Assembly: GCA_965237675.1 (NCBI GenBank) | Contig: OZ250150.1 | Coordinates: 4,096,001 to 4,160,000, forward strand | Source: Candidatus Latescibacterota bacterium | Lineage (GTDB): Bacteria; Latescibacterota; UBA2968; GCA-2709665 | DNA length: 64,000 nt | Direction of reading: 5' to 3' | Shown: positions 47,468-57,314 of the stretch, in pieces | Numbering within the stretch: position 1 is the first letter of the stretch | How the letters are laid out: each line of letters opens with the position of its first letter | Translations under genes and position numbers: made by a program | Notes under the pieces: model-generated | Database searches by the model: none | What the model saw: the letters and a program-made list of their open reading frames with translations, nothing else | What the model was told of the DNA's origin: nothing

Positions 47468-49090
47468 TCACTTTCTTTTACTCTCCAAATATGCCTTATC
47501 TCGTTCCAGAAGCTCCGGGTTTAGCCGGTAGAACAACTCCCGAGCCTTTGGCAGCATCCTGTGCGTGACGACGAATCGGCCGTCGAGCAACAACGATGGA
47601 TTCATTGACCGGTCGATGCCTGCTCTTTCCGCCACAACCCGCGACCGTGAAACCAGCGTCGCGCCCTCGTCAGCGGCGCAGCGCTCGATGCGCTCGTTGT
47701 CCATCCTCAGCGGCGTCAGACAGGCGGCGTTCGATCCCCTGGCCCGGTTTTTGGAAGCACTCTGGAACAGGCACAGGATATAGTTTCTGTATCGATCAGG
47801 ATAGATCTTCCGAACACACAAGCTGGAACGAGCGCTTTGGTCGTGCCCCATTGGATGGAGGTGCAGACGCTCCGGGGTATCGACGGCATTCAACCAGGAA
47901 AACAAATCACCTGTAATTCGCGTTGTCAGTGGCGATTCTCCCGCGAAAAAGAAGTCCATCCGACCCGGGACGGCTTCCCGGCCCATCAGCCGCGTGACGG
48001 GCAGGAGAGCGGGCCGTGGCATGAAACTCCCACTCATCGGATAAACCGCCTTTGCAAATCGCTGAAATCGTGCGGTCTTGGCAAAATCGGAATCGAGGAC
48101 AAACGCCGGCAACCGGTCGACGCCAAACCGGTCCGCTAGGCTTCTTCCCTGCCGCGAATGGACGTTCAATGTTTGAACGTCCACGCCCGGGAACAACTCT
48201 CGAGTCGACCGGACGAACAACCCCGCGTCGCACAGGTCGCATCCGGCATCGTTCAGAACCGTCATCTTGAAGACAACCGGATCGCTGAACCTGCATACCG
48301 CCGAAGGTTTACCGGCGTCAATACAGACACCCACCCGGCCCGCCATCCGACAGTCCTGATCCGTTCCACACACCGGTACCGCCGTGCAGGGCCCGGCCAG
48401 ACTATCCAGACCGCAAATGCGGCGCGCCAGACCCTGTGTATCGACGCCCTCCTTCACTTCTACGCCGTTGACGAACAGGGTCGGCGATGCCTGGATTCCC
48501 AGGACATTCGCCCGAAGGATATTATCACGAAAAAGGGCCTCTCCATCGGCGCCGGACGCCATCTCCGCCACCCGTTCGGGTTCGATTCCCGCCCGCCTGG
48601 CCGAAGCCTGCCAATCCGGAGAGTCCACATCTTCATTTCTATAGAGAATATAGTCATAATAGCGGTCCGGATACAAATGCATCATGACGACCTGCCGGAT
48701 TCCCTCCTCCACTTCAGCGTCGCCGTGGAGACTCAAGAAACTGCCGGTACCGAACACCTGGCCGGAATCGCAGGATTCACGCTGGCTCTGGCGCGGGTGG
48801 ACCGGACCGGACGGCACGGGGCCCTTTCCTGCCTCCTGAGCTATGAAATGCAGTCGGAAATCAATTCCATCGCCAAATGCCTGGAGCGTGGGTGCGAGCG
48901 TGGCTTCCGCCCGCATCCCGTAAGGACAGTGCGCCATCACGAACAACTCAACCTTTACACGATTTTCGACATCGCCCGCACGAACCGGTCCGACCTCACT
49001 TCGTGAAACGTCGGAACCGTGAACCGGAAGCCATGGTAAGATGCCCACCAACACGGACCCGCAGATTCCCCGCACCTTTGTCCCGTTCAT
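47468..49090 (-). CDS. Exported multi-domain thioredoxin-fold (GILT/DsbA-like) protein
   Basis: Hydrophobic N-terminus, VELFVMAHCPYG..SLHG..E..SPT, Cys-rich linker, CDLC..LPAF domain, degenerate third domain. Confidence 0.65.
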   Translation of the reverse strand: MNGTKVRGICGSVLVGILPWLPVHGSDVSRSEVGPVRAGDVENRVKVELFVMAHCPYGMRAEATLAPTLQAFGDGIDFRLHFIAQEAGKGPVPSGPVHPRQSQRESCDSGQVFGTGSFLSLHGDAEVEEGIRQVVMMHLYPDRYYDYILYRNEDVDSPDWQASARRAGIEPERVAEMASGADGEALFRDNILRANVLGIQASPTLFVNGVEVKEGVDTQGLARRICGLDSLAGPCTAVPVCGTDQDCRMAGRVGVCIDAGKPSAVCRFSDPVVFKMTVLNDAGCDLCDAGLFVRSTRELFPGVDVQTLNVHSRQGRSLADRFGVDRLPAFVLDSDFAKTARFQRFAKAVYPMSGSFMPRPALLPVTRLMGREAVPGRMDFFFAGESPLTTRITGDLFSWLNAVDTPERLHLHPMGHDQSARSSLCVRKIYPDRYRNYILCLFQSASKNRARGSNAACLTPLRMDNERIERCAADEGATLVSRSRVVAERAGIDRSMNPSLLLDGRFVVTHRMLPKARELFYRLNPELLERDKAYLESKRK

Positions 49091-49319
49091 TCGGACCTCC
49101 GCTCATTGTTCAGGACGGCAGTCGCATTGAGGCTTCAAGCAGAGAAGGGGCCGACGTGGCTCGCAGGCACGACTCGGATCCGGCAAAACCAGGTTTACCG
49201 GCAGAATCATCCCGTCCGTGATCCTTTTCCGACCGGCGAATGTCACGACCGAGGCAGAACAAGAAAGGCCGCCTCCCGCTCAGAGACGACCTCAACATTG
49301 CGGCACCCAACCAATAATG

Positions 49320-50120
49320 CTATTTCAACAACATCATTCGCTTGGAAGCCGAGAAACTGGCGGCCTGCAGCCGATACAGATAGATCCCGCTGGCGACTTG
49401 CCTCCCCAGGTGGTCCTTGCCGTCCCAGGTGGCCGTAAAGTGGCCTGCTTCCGCGCGCGCGTCCGCGAGTACACGAACTTCCTGTCCAAGGAGATTATAG
49501 ATGGCCAGCCTGACCTGCCCGGCCTCCGAAATCTGGTATTCGATGGTTGTGGAGGGGTTAAAGGGATTCGGCATATTCTGGCTCAGGGCCGTTCGGTCGG
49601 GCAGCGGTTTTAAATTTCCGATTTCTATCTGAGTGAGCAGATCGATGTTTCCATCGAGGCCGACCAGTACGCCTTCCGCAATCTCAAAATCCGTTGCCAG
49701 CGGGGTATCGGTGGCCTTGAAGATCAGCTCGACGAGACCGCCGTCACCGCTGGCGCCCTGGCCATCGACTTTCATGGCGCCGATATCCAGTTTGCCGGGT
49801 GTTCGGCTGGACGAAAGGAAGAGTGTTTTCTGTTCAGACCGGCCGGCAAGCAGATTGACGTCGAGTTCCCTGGCTTCGATGAACTCGTACTTTGCGGAAT
49901 CGTAAAGAAGCGTGAAACCGTACCCCCTTAGATTCTTGGCTTGAGCCAGCGTGACCCGCAATTCCAAGACATTGTCGTCTGTATCTGAAGCGTTGGCCCG
50001 CTCCAACTTGAGCTGAGCAAAAGAATTCTGGCCACCGGTAATGGTCAATCCATTGGTCATTTCTCCGGCATGAGCCGCACCCGTTAGAACTACCGCTGCC
50101 AATACAAGAATCCTGCGCAT
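49320..50120 (-). CDS. Secreted cohesin-like protein with FlgD-Ig/T9SS-like C-terminal domain
   Basis: Signal peptide (AAHA), GYGFTLLYD..GDGGLVELIF, QNMPNPFNPSTTIEY..WDGKD..VASGIYLYRL. Confidence 0.8.
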   Translation of the reverse strand: MRRILVLAAVVLTGAAHAGEMTNGLTITGGQNSFAQLKLERANASDTDDNVLELRVTLAQAKNLRGYGFTLLYDSAKYEFIEARELDVNLLAGRSEQKTLFLSSSRTPGKLDIGAMKVDGQGASGDGGLVELIFKATDTPLATDFEIAEGVLVGLDGNIDLLTQIEIGNLKPLPDRTALSQNMPNPFNPSTTIEYQISEAGQVRLAIYNLLGQEVRVLADARAEAGHFTATWDGKDHLGRQVASGIYLYRLQAASFSASKRMMLLK

Positions 50121-50170
50121 AACCGCCTCCTTTCGGGGCCCAAGCGAGTTTAATCGACACTCTTATCTGA

Positions 50171-50199
50171 AATTTACGATTTACCACACCCGGTGTCAA
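50171..50199 (-). promoter_or_regulatory. sigma70-type promoter
   Basis: Minus strand TTGACA-N17-TAAATT upstream of the cohesin-like gene. Confidence 0.6.
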
Positions 50200-50412
50200 C
50201 AGCGATTTGCAATGGTCACGCTGTTTGCGATAATTCGTGCCGGCGGACAAGAACCTCACAGGGGCGGAAAAACGCTGGAAGTCGGCGATGCCGGGGCGGC
50301 CGCTGGCATACTTCATTTCGACAACCGGTACGGTTCGTCGGAGTTTCGGCGGGACGACGGTCGCGGCAGTTATTCCGACCAGTGTGAGACCACGCAGTTT
50401 CGGCACAAGCGA

Positions 50413-51936
50413 TCACGTGCCGGATGCGCCGACGCGGAAATGGTTCCGAATCGATTCGACGAGGCCGGCAATGCCGATTTCCCGTCCGGTGGCCTGCGCT
50501 ACAACGCAAAATCCCAGATTCCGAGCGGTCTGGGCCGTCGTGGGCCCTATACACGCGGCGGGAAGTGTCCGCGGCAGGTCCACCATGCCGAATTGCTTGA
50601 AAAAATCTCCACAGTTTTTTGCGGCAGAGGGACTTGAAAAAATAACAATGTCGACTTCTCTTCGCTCCAGACGCGCCAATGCCTCCTGCGAAAAACCCGA
50701 GGGTTTCACGGTTCGGTAAACGACAATCTCCCGCACCTCAGCCCCCATCGCCCGCAGCGCTTCGGGTATTGTTCGCCGCCCCTTCCGGGCCCTGGGAATC
50801 AGAACGCGCAGCCCGGACATGTGTATCCCTGCGAATTGCTCCGCGAGGCCGGCGGAGGTGTGCTGACCGGGGCACAGATCCACGACCAGATCATAGCGCC
50901 GCGCCCTCTCTGCGGTTGCCTGGCCTACCACGGCAATTCGAACATCCGACAGCCTGCGGAGGTCGCCGTGCAATGCGCGCACCCGCCCCAAAAATCGCTC
51001 TACCGCGTTGCCGCTGGCAAATACAACCCAGTCAAACCGCTCCATCTGCGCAATGGCGGCGTCCACCCGCTCCCAATCCGGCGGCTCCGCGAACTCGATG
51101 GTGGGCGCCACAAGAACCTCCGCGCCCAGGCCCATCAACATTCCCCGCAGTTCTCCGGCGTGCTCCCTGCTACGCGTAATCATGACACGTTTTCCAAAAA
51201 GTGGCAGCCCTTCAAACCAGGGAATGTCCGTTCTGGCCACTTCACCCACCACAATCGCGGCGGGGCTGACCGCCTCCACCTCCCCGAGCGTACCCAGCGT
51301 GCATCGGATGGTCTTCTGTTGTGGCAACGTACCGTCTTGCACCACCACCACTGGCGTATCGACCGGGCGGCCCGCCAGGATCAATCTCCGGGCGACCTCC
51401 CCCCGATTTCGCACGCCCATCAACACCACCAGTGTCCCGCCCAGCCGGCCCAGCGCATGCCAGTCTACCTCCGGCAGGGCATCCAGAGATTCTCGGTGAC
51501 CCGTCAGAAACGTCACGTGCGGAGCAATCGCCCGGTGGGTCACGGAGATACCCGCGTATGCCGGCGCCGCGATCGCGCTCGTAATTCCGGGAATCACTTC
51601 AAATGCGATGCCCGCCTGTTGCAGAGTCGCCATTTCCTCTCCACCGCGCCCGAAAACGAAAGGGTCCCCGCCCTTCAGACGCACCACCTTGAGCCCTTTC
51701 GACGCCCTGGCGACCATAAGACGGTTGATCCGCTCCTGCTGCCGCGCCTGCGCGCCCGGCTGTTTCCCCACGTCGATCCGTTCACAATGCGGCGGTGCTT
51801 CGTCCAGCAAGGTCCGGCTGGCCAGGCTATCGTAAAGAATCACATCTGCCTGCCGGATGCGCCGAAGTGCCTTTATTGTTATCAGTTCGGGATCTCCCGG
51901 CCCCGCGCCAACAAGAAAAACCGTGCCATCCGCCAT
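50413..51936 (-). CDS. cobA: Uroporphyrinogen-III C-methyltransferase / uroporphyrinogen-III synthase fusion (CobA-HemD)
   Basis: VGAGPGDPELIT, RLKGGDPFVFGRGGEE, then PLFGKRVMITR..FSSPS..CIGPTTA. Confidence 0.95.
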   Translation of the reverse strand: MADGTVFLVGAGPGDPELITIKALRRIRQADVILYDSLASRTLLDEAPPHCERIDVGKQPGAQARQQERINRLMVARASKGLKVVRLKGGDPFVFGRGGEEMATLQQAGIAFEVIPGITSAIAAPAYAGISVTHRAIAPHVTFLTGHRESLDALPEVDWHALGRLGGTLVVLMGVRNRGEVARRLILAGRPVDTPVVVVQDGTLPQQKTIRCTLGTLGEVEAVSPAAIVVGEVARTDIPWFEGLPLFGKRVMITRSREHAGELRGMLMGLGAEVLVAPTIEFAEPPDWERVDAAIAQMERFDWVVFASGNAVERFLGRVRALHGDLRRLSDVRIAVVGQATAERARRYDLVVDLCPGQHTSAGLAEQFAGIHMSGLRVLIPRARKGRRTIPEALRAMGAEVREIVVYRTVKPSGFSQEALARLERREVDIVIFSSPSAAKNCGDFFKQFGMVDLPRTLPAACIGPTTAQTARNLGFCVVAQATGREIGIAGLVESIRNHFRVGASGT

Positions 51937-52000
51937 GATTGCCCCAAATAGCCAGGGAACCGGCTGCCCTGCAGTTTCACATGTGCACCTTCTATGCGGC

Positions 52001-52921
52001 CTAAAAGAGTTCGCCCAGAATCTCCTTTGCCCCGCGAGCGATCAGCAACTCGGAAAGCCTGTTGCCGACTTCAATGGATCCGTCGGGATCTCCCGTCGTC
52101 ATGGCGCGGATGACCTTGCTGCCGTCGGGAACAGCCACCATCCCTTCCGCGACGAGATGCCCTTCGTGCAGCCGCGCCCACGCGCCGATGGGGACCTGGC
52201 ATCCTCCTTCGAGGCCATCCAGCATCGCGCGCTCGGCACTCACGGCCTGATACGTGGGACGATCGTGCAAACAACCCACGGCCTGCGCCACCCTGCCGTC
52301 GCCATGCCTGATCTCGATGCCCAGTGCGCCCTGCCCGGGAGCCGGCAAAATACGCTCTGCGGAAAAAATTTCGCTCACGTGATCTTCTAATCCCAGCCGG
52401 TTCAGACCCGCCACAGCCAACACCAGCGCGTCGATGTTCCCTGCCCCCAGTTTTCGCAGGCGGGTATCGACGTTTCCGCGAATCCCCACAATCTTCAGGT
52501 CGGATCTGATTTGGCGCAACTGCGCCTGACGCCTCAGACTGCCGGTTCCCACCACAGCACCCTCGGGCAGATCGTCCAGCTTGCAGCCGTTACGGCTTAT
52601 CAGCGCGTCTCTGACATCGTCGCGGCGGCTGACGGCCTCCAGACACAACCCGTCCGGCAGTCTGGTGGGCATGTCTTTCAGGGAGTGCACGGCAAGGTCG
52701 ACTCGGCAGTCGAGAAGCGCATTCTCAATTTCCTTCGTAAAGGCGCCCTTGCCGCCAATCCGGGCAACGGGCTCATTCAGTTCATGATCCCCCCGGGTTT
52801 TGATGACCTCAATACAAACGTTGAGACCGGAACACGCGCTCAACAGTGTATTTCTTGCCCACGCTGCCTGACGGAGGGCGAGGGGGCTCCCGCGGCTGCC
52901 GATCACAAGATGAGTCAGCAT
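52001..52921 (-). CDS. hemC: Hydroxymethylbilane synthase
   Basis: GSRGSPLALRQ, GGKGAFTKE, VHSLKD, RGNVDTRL, GGCQVP. Confidence 0.97.
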   Translation of the reverse strand: MLTHLVIGSRGSPLALRQAAWARNTLLSACSGLNVCIEVIKTRGDHELNEPVARIGGKGAFTKEIENALLDCRVDLAVHSLKDMPTRLPDGLCLEAVSRRDDVRDALISRNGCKLDDLPEGAVVGTGSLRRQAQLRQIRSDLKIVGIRGNVDTRLRKLGAGNIDALVLAVAGLNRLGLEDHVSEIFSAERILPAPGQGALGIEIRHGDGRVAQAVGCLHDRPTYQAVSAERAMLDGLEGGCQVPIGAWARLHEGHLVAEGMVAVPDGSKVIRAMTTGDPDGSIEVGNRLSELLIARGAKEILGELF

Positions 52922-54246
52922 TCGGCTTGCACCCTCTCCACGGGTGCTTCTTCCGGGGGCAATTGCACCACACCCGTTGGTGTCGGCGCCGGATCCAGGT
53001 CAAACAGGCGAATCAACGCGTCTACATAAGTCAGCGCCTCACCCGAATCGGCCGCTTCGCGCAACCGAACCTGCGGAGCATGCAGCAACTTGTTCATGTA
53101 GAGCCTTAAGAGTCGGGCTACCTTTTCCTGTTGTTCCTCCGAGAACTCTGACAACCTGGCACGTTCCAGCTCTTCGTCGAGGACCTCCTGAAATCGCTGA
53201 CGCATAGCCACAATGGCCGGCACGACATCCAGAGAATTCAACCACGAAGCAAATTCCCGCACGCCCTCGTCCACAATACGCCGGACCTTGTCCGCCTCAC
53301 GCCGTCTTTTCTTCATGTTGGCACCAACGACCGCCTGCAAATCATCGATATCGTATAAAAACACATTGTAAAGCGATCCCGCCTCCGGGTCGATGTCTCT
53401 CGGCACCGCAATATCGATGAGGAACATCGCGTTGTTCCGGCGTTGCTGCATCGCGTGGGCGACCTGGACCTTTTTCAGAACGGGGACCGTGGCACTGGTT
53501 GAACTGATCACGATATCCGCGCGGTGCAAGCCGTCTATCGCATCTGACCACGACAACGCGTTCCCGTTCACACGTTTCGCCAGGTCCCGCGCCCGGGTGA
53601 ACGTCCGGCTGGCCACCAAAAGTCGACCCACCCCGTTATCCACAAGATGCCTGGCTGTCAACTCGCTCATTTCTCCGGCGCCCATCACAAGGGCCGTCCG
53701 CCCTTGTAGATCGCCCAGGATCTTCTTCGCCAGCGCGACGGCCGCGAAACTCACCGACACGGCGCCATCGGCGATCTCTGTTTCAGTTCGCGCCCGCTTG
53801 GAAGCTTCAACGGCCGCCCGGAACAACCGGTTCAGAATCGCACCGCTCGTTCCCGCCTCCAGGGCCCGGGCCCCGGCATCCTTCACCTGTCCCGCGATCT
53901 GCGGCTCTCCCATGATCATCGAATCCAGCCCCGACGCGACACACAACAGATGTCGAGCCGCATCCATGTCGTTTCGTATGAATGTGTATTTGCGCAACTC
54001 CCCGGCGTCGATACCGCTGGTTTCGCCAAACACCTCGATCACCCCTGAGCGAGCGGCCTCGGGATCGTCCGTCACGAGGTAGGCCTCGGAACGGTTGCAC
54101 GTTGAAATGAGACTGCACTCGACAACGGGTTCAAGCCCGTGCAATCGCTCAAGGACGGATCCATGCTTCTGTTCGGAGACCGACACACTGTCCCGGACTT
54201 CCACCGAAGCCGTTCGGTGGCTCAACCCCACCACTACGATAGACAT
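52915..54246 (-). CDS. hemA: Glutamyl-tRNA reductase
   Basis: STCNRSE, GLDSMIMGEPQI.GQVK, GAGEM, DIAVPRDI. Confidence 0.97.
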   Translation of the reverse strand: MSIVVVGLSHRTASVEVRDSVSVSEQKHGSVLERLHGLEPVVECSLISTCNRSEAYLVTDDPEAARSGVIEVFGETSGIDAGELRKYTFIRNDMDAARHLLCVASGLDSMIMGEPQIAGQVKDAGARALEAGTSGAILNRLFRAAVEASKRARTETEIADGAVSVSFAAVALAKKILGDLQGRTALVMGAGEMSELTARHLVDNGVGRLLVASRTFTRARDLAKRVNGNALSWSDAIDGLHRADIVISSTSATVPVLKKVQVAHAMQQRRNNAMFLIDIAVPRDIDPEAGSLYNVFLYDIDDLQAVVGANMKKRRREADKVRRIVDEGVREFASWLNSLDVVPAIVAMRQRFQEVLDEELERARLSEFSEEQQEKVARLLRLYMNKLLHAPQVRLREAADSGEALTYVDALIRLFDLDPAPTPTGVVQLPPEEAPVERVQAEC

Positions 54247-54887
54247 GCCCGTACTTTCCTGTCGAGTTCATCCCAACATTGCCGTCGGACCAGGTCCACG
54301 GTTTCCCAGTCCACCAGCCGATCCCATGCGGCCTTCCGTCGCGCGGGGTTTTCCGGAAACCGCGCCATCACCCTTGGACGCAGCCGGGCGAAATAGTCCA
54401 CGACGCTTCCATGTTCGCACCCGAGGACACCCTCGAGATGCCGCCGGACCATCCGCGCATACGCCGGGCTGGCCCCGCCGGTCGAAACGGCCACCTGAAA
54501 CCCGCCGCGCCTCAGCGTTGAAGGCACGGTAAAATCCCCCGGGTTCGTCCCGTCGGAGCGATTGACCGGAACCCCTGTCTCCTCTGAGGCATGCGCGACC
54601 TCGTCGTTCACCGCCTCCCGATCCGTCGCGGCGAAAACCAGGGCCGCACCCTTGACGTCGCTCCCATGAAAACCGCGACGCTCCAGTCGGATGCGACCGG
54701 CAGCGGCCAGGCCATCCAGCGATTCCGATACCGCGGGCGCAATCACCCACACGCGCGCACCGGCGGCGATCAGGCCGCGCACTTTCCGCTCGGCAACGGA
54801 ACCGCCGCCCACGACGACGCACTTTTTATTCCGCAAATCCAGAAAGATCGGATACTCGACCGATTGGGCGGCCATATGATCTCGCAC
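54234..54887 (-). CDS. Precorrin-2 dehydrogenase / sirohydrochlorin ferrochelatase (SirC/CysG N-terminal type)
   Basis: YPIFLDL, VVGGGSVAERK, AATD..VN, STGGASP. Confidence 0.92.
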   Translation of the reverse strand: MRDHMAAQSVEYPIFLDLRNKKCVVVGGGSVAERKVRGLIAAGARVWVIAPAVSESLDGLAAAGRIRLERRGFHGSDVKGAALVFAATDREAVNDEVAHASEETGVPVNRSDGTNPGDFTVPSTLRRGGFQVAVSTGGASPAYARMVRRHLEGVLGCEHGSVVDYFARLRPRVMARFPENPARRKAAWDRLVDWETVDLVRRQCWDELDRKVRACLS

Positions 54888-54895
54888 ACATTAAC

Positions 54896-55723
54896 CTACG
54901 GTGCCAGTAAATGTTTCCCTGGAAATAGCAAACCCATGACCGGGAACGCGAATACCACCAGAACAAATCCCAGAATTGACATGAAGGCCGCCCGTTTACC
55001 CTGCCAACCCGCCAGCCATCGGGCAGCCAGATGCCCGGCATAGACGACCCACGTGACCAGCAGCACCCAGAATGCCGGTTCGCTCCAAATCCAAAACCGG
55101 TACATCTGCTGGTGTGCCCAAACGGAACTCGCAACGATCCCCGCCGTCAAGAAAACGAAACCGAACGATGCCGCGCGGTTGTTGGTCTGGTCGAGTGTAT
55201 CCAGCGGCGGCAGGCGATCGTAGAAAAAGCCCAGGTGTTTCTTCTGAATCTCTCCCAACAACATCACGTACATCGTTGCGCTGACACTGGATATGGCAAA
55301 CGCCGCATAGGCCAGAATGTAGGCGAACACGTGGAGTTTGAACCATCCCCCTGTGTGCGCCACTCTTGGCGCCGCTTCTACACCCATAAGGTTGGAGGCG
55401 GCCGCAAGGTGCAACACCGCCACAATGGGAACAACCAGCGCGCCCAGCGAACCACGACACGTGCCCAACTCCAGGTACAGAAAGACAATAACAACCAGCC
55501 AGGCGCATAACGACGGCAGCACCTGGCTGGTCAGAGGAACCTGTCCCGTGGCAAGGGCCATTCGGGTCAGCAACACACTATGCAGCACCCAGCCCACGAT
55601 GAGGCCCCAGAAACCAAGAGCGCCTCCGAGGGTCTGTTTCCGGATGAAGTGCGCGGCGTACGCACACGCGCTGATGACGTAGACCGCGCCAGTACCCATC
55701 ACCAGCAGATTCTGCATGCCCAT
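54896..55723 (-). CDS. CcsA/HemX-like cytochrome c assembly membrane protein
   Basis: About 8 TM helices, LHV, RLPPLDTLD, W-rich motif W.WSEP; precedes the hem genes. Confidence 0.85.
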   Translation of the reverse strand: MGMQNLLVMGTGAVYVISACAYAAHFIRKQTLGGALGFWGLIVGWVLHSVLLTRMALATGQVPLTSQVLPSLCAWLVVIVFLYLELGTCRGSLGALVVPIVAVLHLAAASNLMGVEAAPRVAHTGGWFKLHVFAYILAYAAFAISSVSATMYVMLLGEIQKKHLGFFYDRLPPLDTLDQTNNRAASFGFVFLTAGIVASSVWAHQQMYRFWIWSEPAFWVLLVTWVVYAGHLAARWLAGWQGKRAAFMSILGFVLVVFAFPVMGLLFPGKHLLAP

Positions 55724-55872
55724 ACGTTCGGACCCCGACCTGTTACGGCGTGTGTATCTGGTCTGTGACCCTCACGCATTCAGGGCATTTTATGGCGCTG
55801 TTCCACATCCGCCACCGGTAATCAAGTCGCATCTCCCTGAACCTCCGAGAAGGTCGATGCCGGACATCAAAC

Positions 55873-57072
55873 TTACACAATCCCATCCGCCGAATCAATC
55901 GAAATCCCACATCTTCTACCGGGCGCCACCACGCCAAGCACGACGGGTTTAGAGGCACCCGTCGCGGACGGCAGATTGCCGGGCCGACCCTCCACCGTCG
56001 CATTGGCCAGCACGGCAAACGCGATCGCCTCTTTTGCATCCGACGGTACGCCAAGCGCATCGGTCTGACAGATATCCATTTGCGGGAGGGCGGCTTGCAG
56101 CATTTTCATCAAGGTCGGATTTCGACCGCCACCACCACTTACCGCCATTTTCGCGATAGGGCTGACGGGCAGGACAAGACGTTTCATCGCATCGGCAATA
56201 CTTCGTGCCGTAAAGGCGGTCGCTGTGGCAATCAGGTCCGCATCAGTCAGCCGATCACGCCGGGCCACGACATCCTGAACGAGCGCAGAGCCGAACATTT
56301 CCCGTCCGGTCGACTTGGGCGGCAGCTTTTTCAGAAAGGGATGGCGCATCAAATGCGCAAGCAGCGAATCACACACGTCGCCCGAAGCGGCGAGCGCACC
56401 GCCCGCGTCGTACGACAGGCGCCCCCCGGTCAGAACCCCCGTAAGCGCGTCCAACAGCATGTTTCCCGGACCGGTGTCAAATGCCAGGACATCGTCGGGG
56501 CCACACCCGGCGGGTAACACGGTAACGTTGGAAATTCCGCCGATATTCAACAACACCCGCCCCTCCAGCGAGGACCGAAACAACAGATAATCCACGAGCG
56601 GGACCAGGGGCGCCCCCTGTCCACCGACCGCCAGGTCCCGCGCGCGGAAGTCCGCGACGGTGGTGACACCGGTCCGTTCGGCGATCACACAGGGGTCGGC
56701 AATCTGTAACGAGGATCGTACCATCACCCCCAACACGCCATTGGCCTCCGGCAAGTGGTGTACTGTCTGTCCGTGGGACCCGATGAGATCCACCTTGTTC
56801 ATCTCGACGCCGGCCTTGAGGCACACCTTGAAGGCTGCCCGGGCAAACCACTCCCCAAGAACAACATTCATTCTACAGACTTGCTCTACATTGCCGCGTT
56901 CGGCTTCTGATACCTCAAGGATCGCCTTCCGCAAATCTGGCGGGTACGGCAGACCGTCAAACGCGACCAGCCGAACATGGGTATCCGCGAGCGCAACTTC
57001 GACAAGAGCCGCGTCAACGCCATCCGCGGACGTACCGGACATCAGGCCGATCACGGTGCGGAACGCGCCCAC
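55873..57072 (-). CDS. anmK: Anhydro-N-acetylmuramic acid kinase
   Basis: GLMSGTSADGVD, GSHGQT, DFR..D.A.GGQGAPLVP, NIGGISN, DTGPGN, KSTGRE, KEA.AFA; GTG start after GGAGG. Confidence 0.96.
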   Translation of the reverse strand: MGAFRTVIGLMSGTSADGVDAALVEVALADTHVRLVAFDGLPYPPDLRKAILEVSEAERGNVEQVCRMNVVLGEWFARAAFKVCLKAGVEMNKVDLIGSHGQTVHHLPEANGVLGVMVRSSLQIADPCVIAERTGVTTVADFRARDLAVGGQGAPLVPLVDYLLFRSSLEGRVLLNIGGISNVTVLPAGCGPDDVLAFDTGPGNMLLDALTGVLTGGRLSYDAGGALAASGDVCDSLLAHLMRHPFLKKLPPKSTGREMFGSALVQDVVARRDRLTDADLIATATAFTARSIADAMKRLVLPVSPIAKMAVSGGGGRNPTLMKMLQAALPQMDICQTDALGVPSDAKEAIAFAVLANATVEGRPGNLPSATGASKPVVLGVVAPGRRCGISIDSADGIV

Positions 57073-57314
57073 CGAACACCCTCCGTTCTTGTTGGTATCG
57101 TCTAAATAATTCGGCAACAATCAGTTAGTGATGTTTCTGATAGCGATGCGATCCACGGCAGAACCCATCCCGGGCCGGCCTTACAGTTTTTCCAAAGACG
57201 GCACGGACGGGGGCCGCCCCATGTTCCTCAAAACCAAAATCCTGCCGGGAGACTGTTGCCGCATACCGGAAGCTGTCGGTTCCCGCAGGCGTTCCTCGGT
57301 CACGGCTGCGAAAG

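Noticed and set aside
50413-55723. ccsA-sirC-hemA-hemC-cobA/hemD cluster as a novelty
   Set aside because: This is a common arrangement in many anaerobic and diderm lineages.
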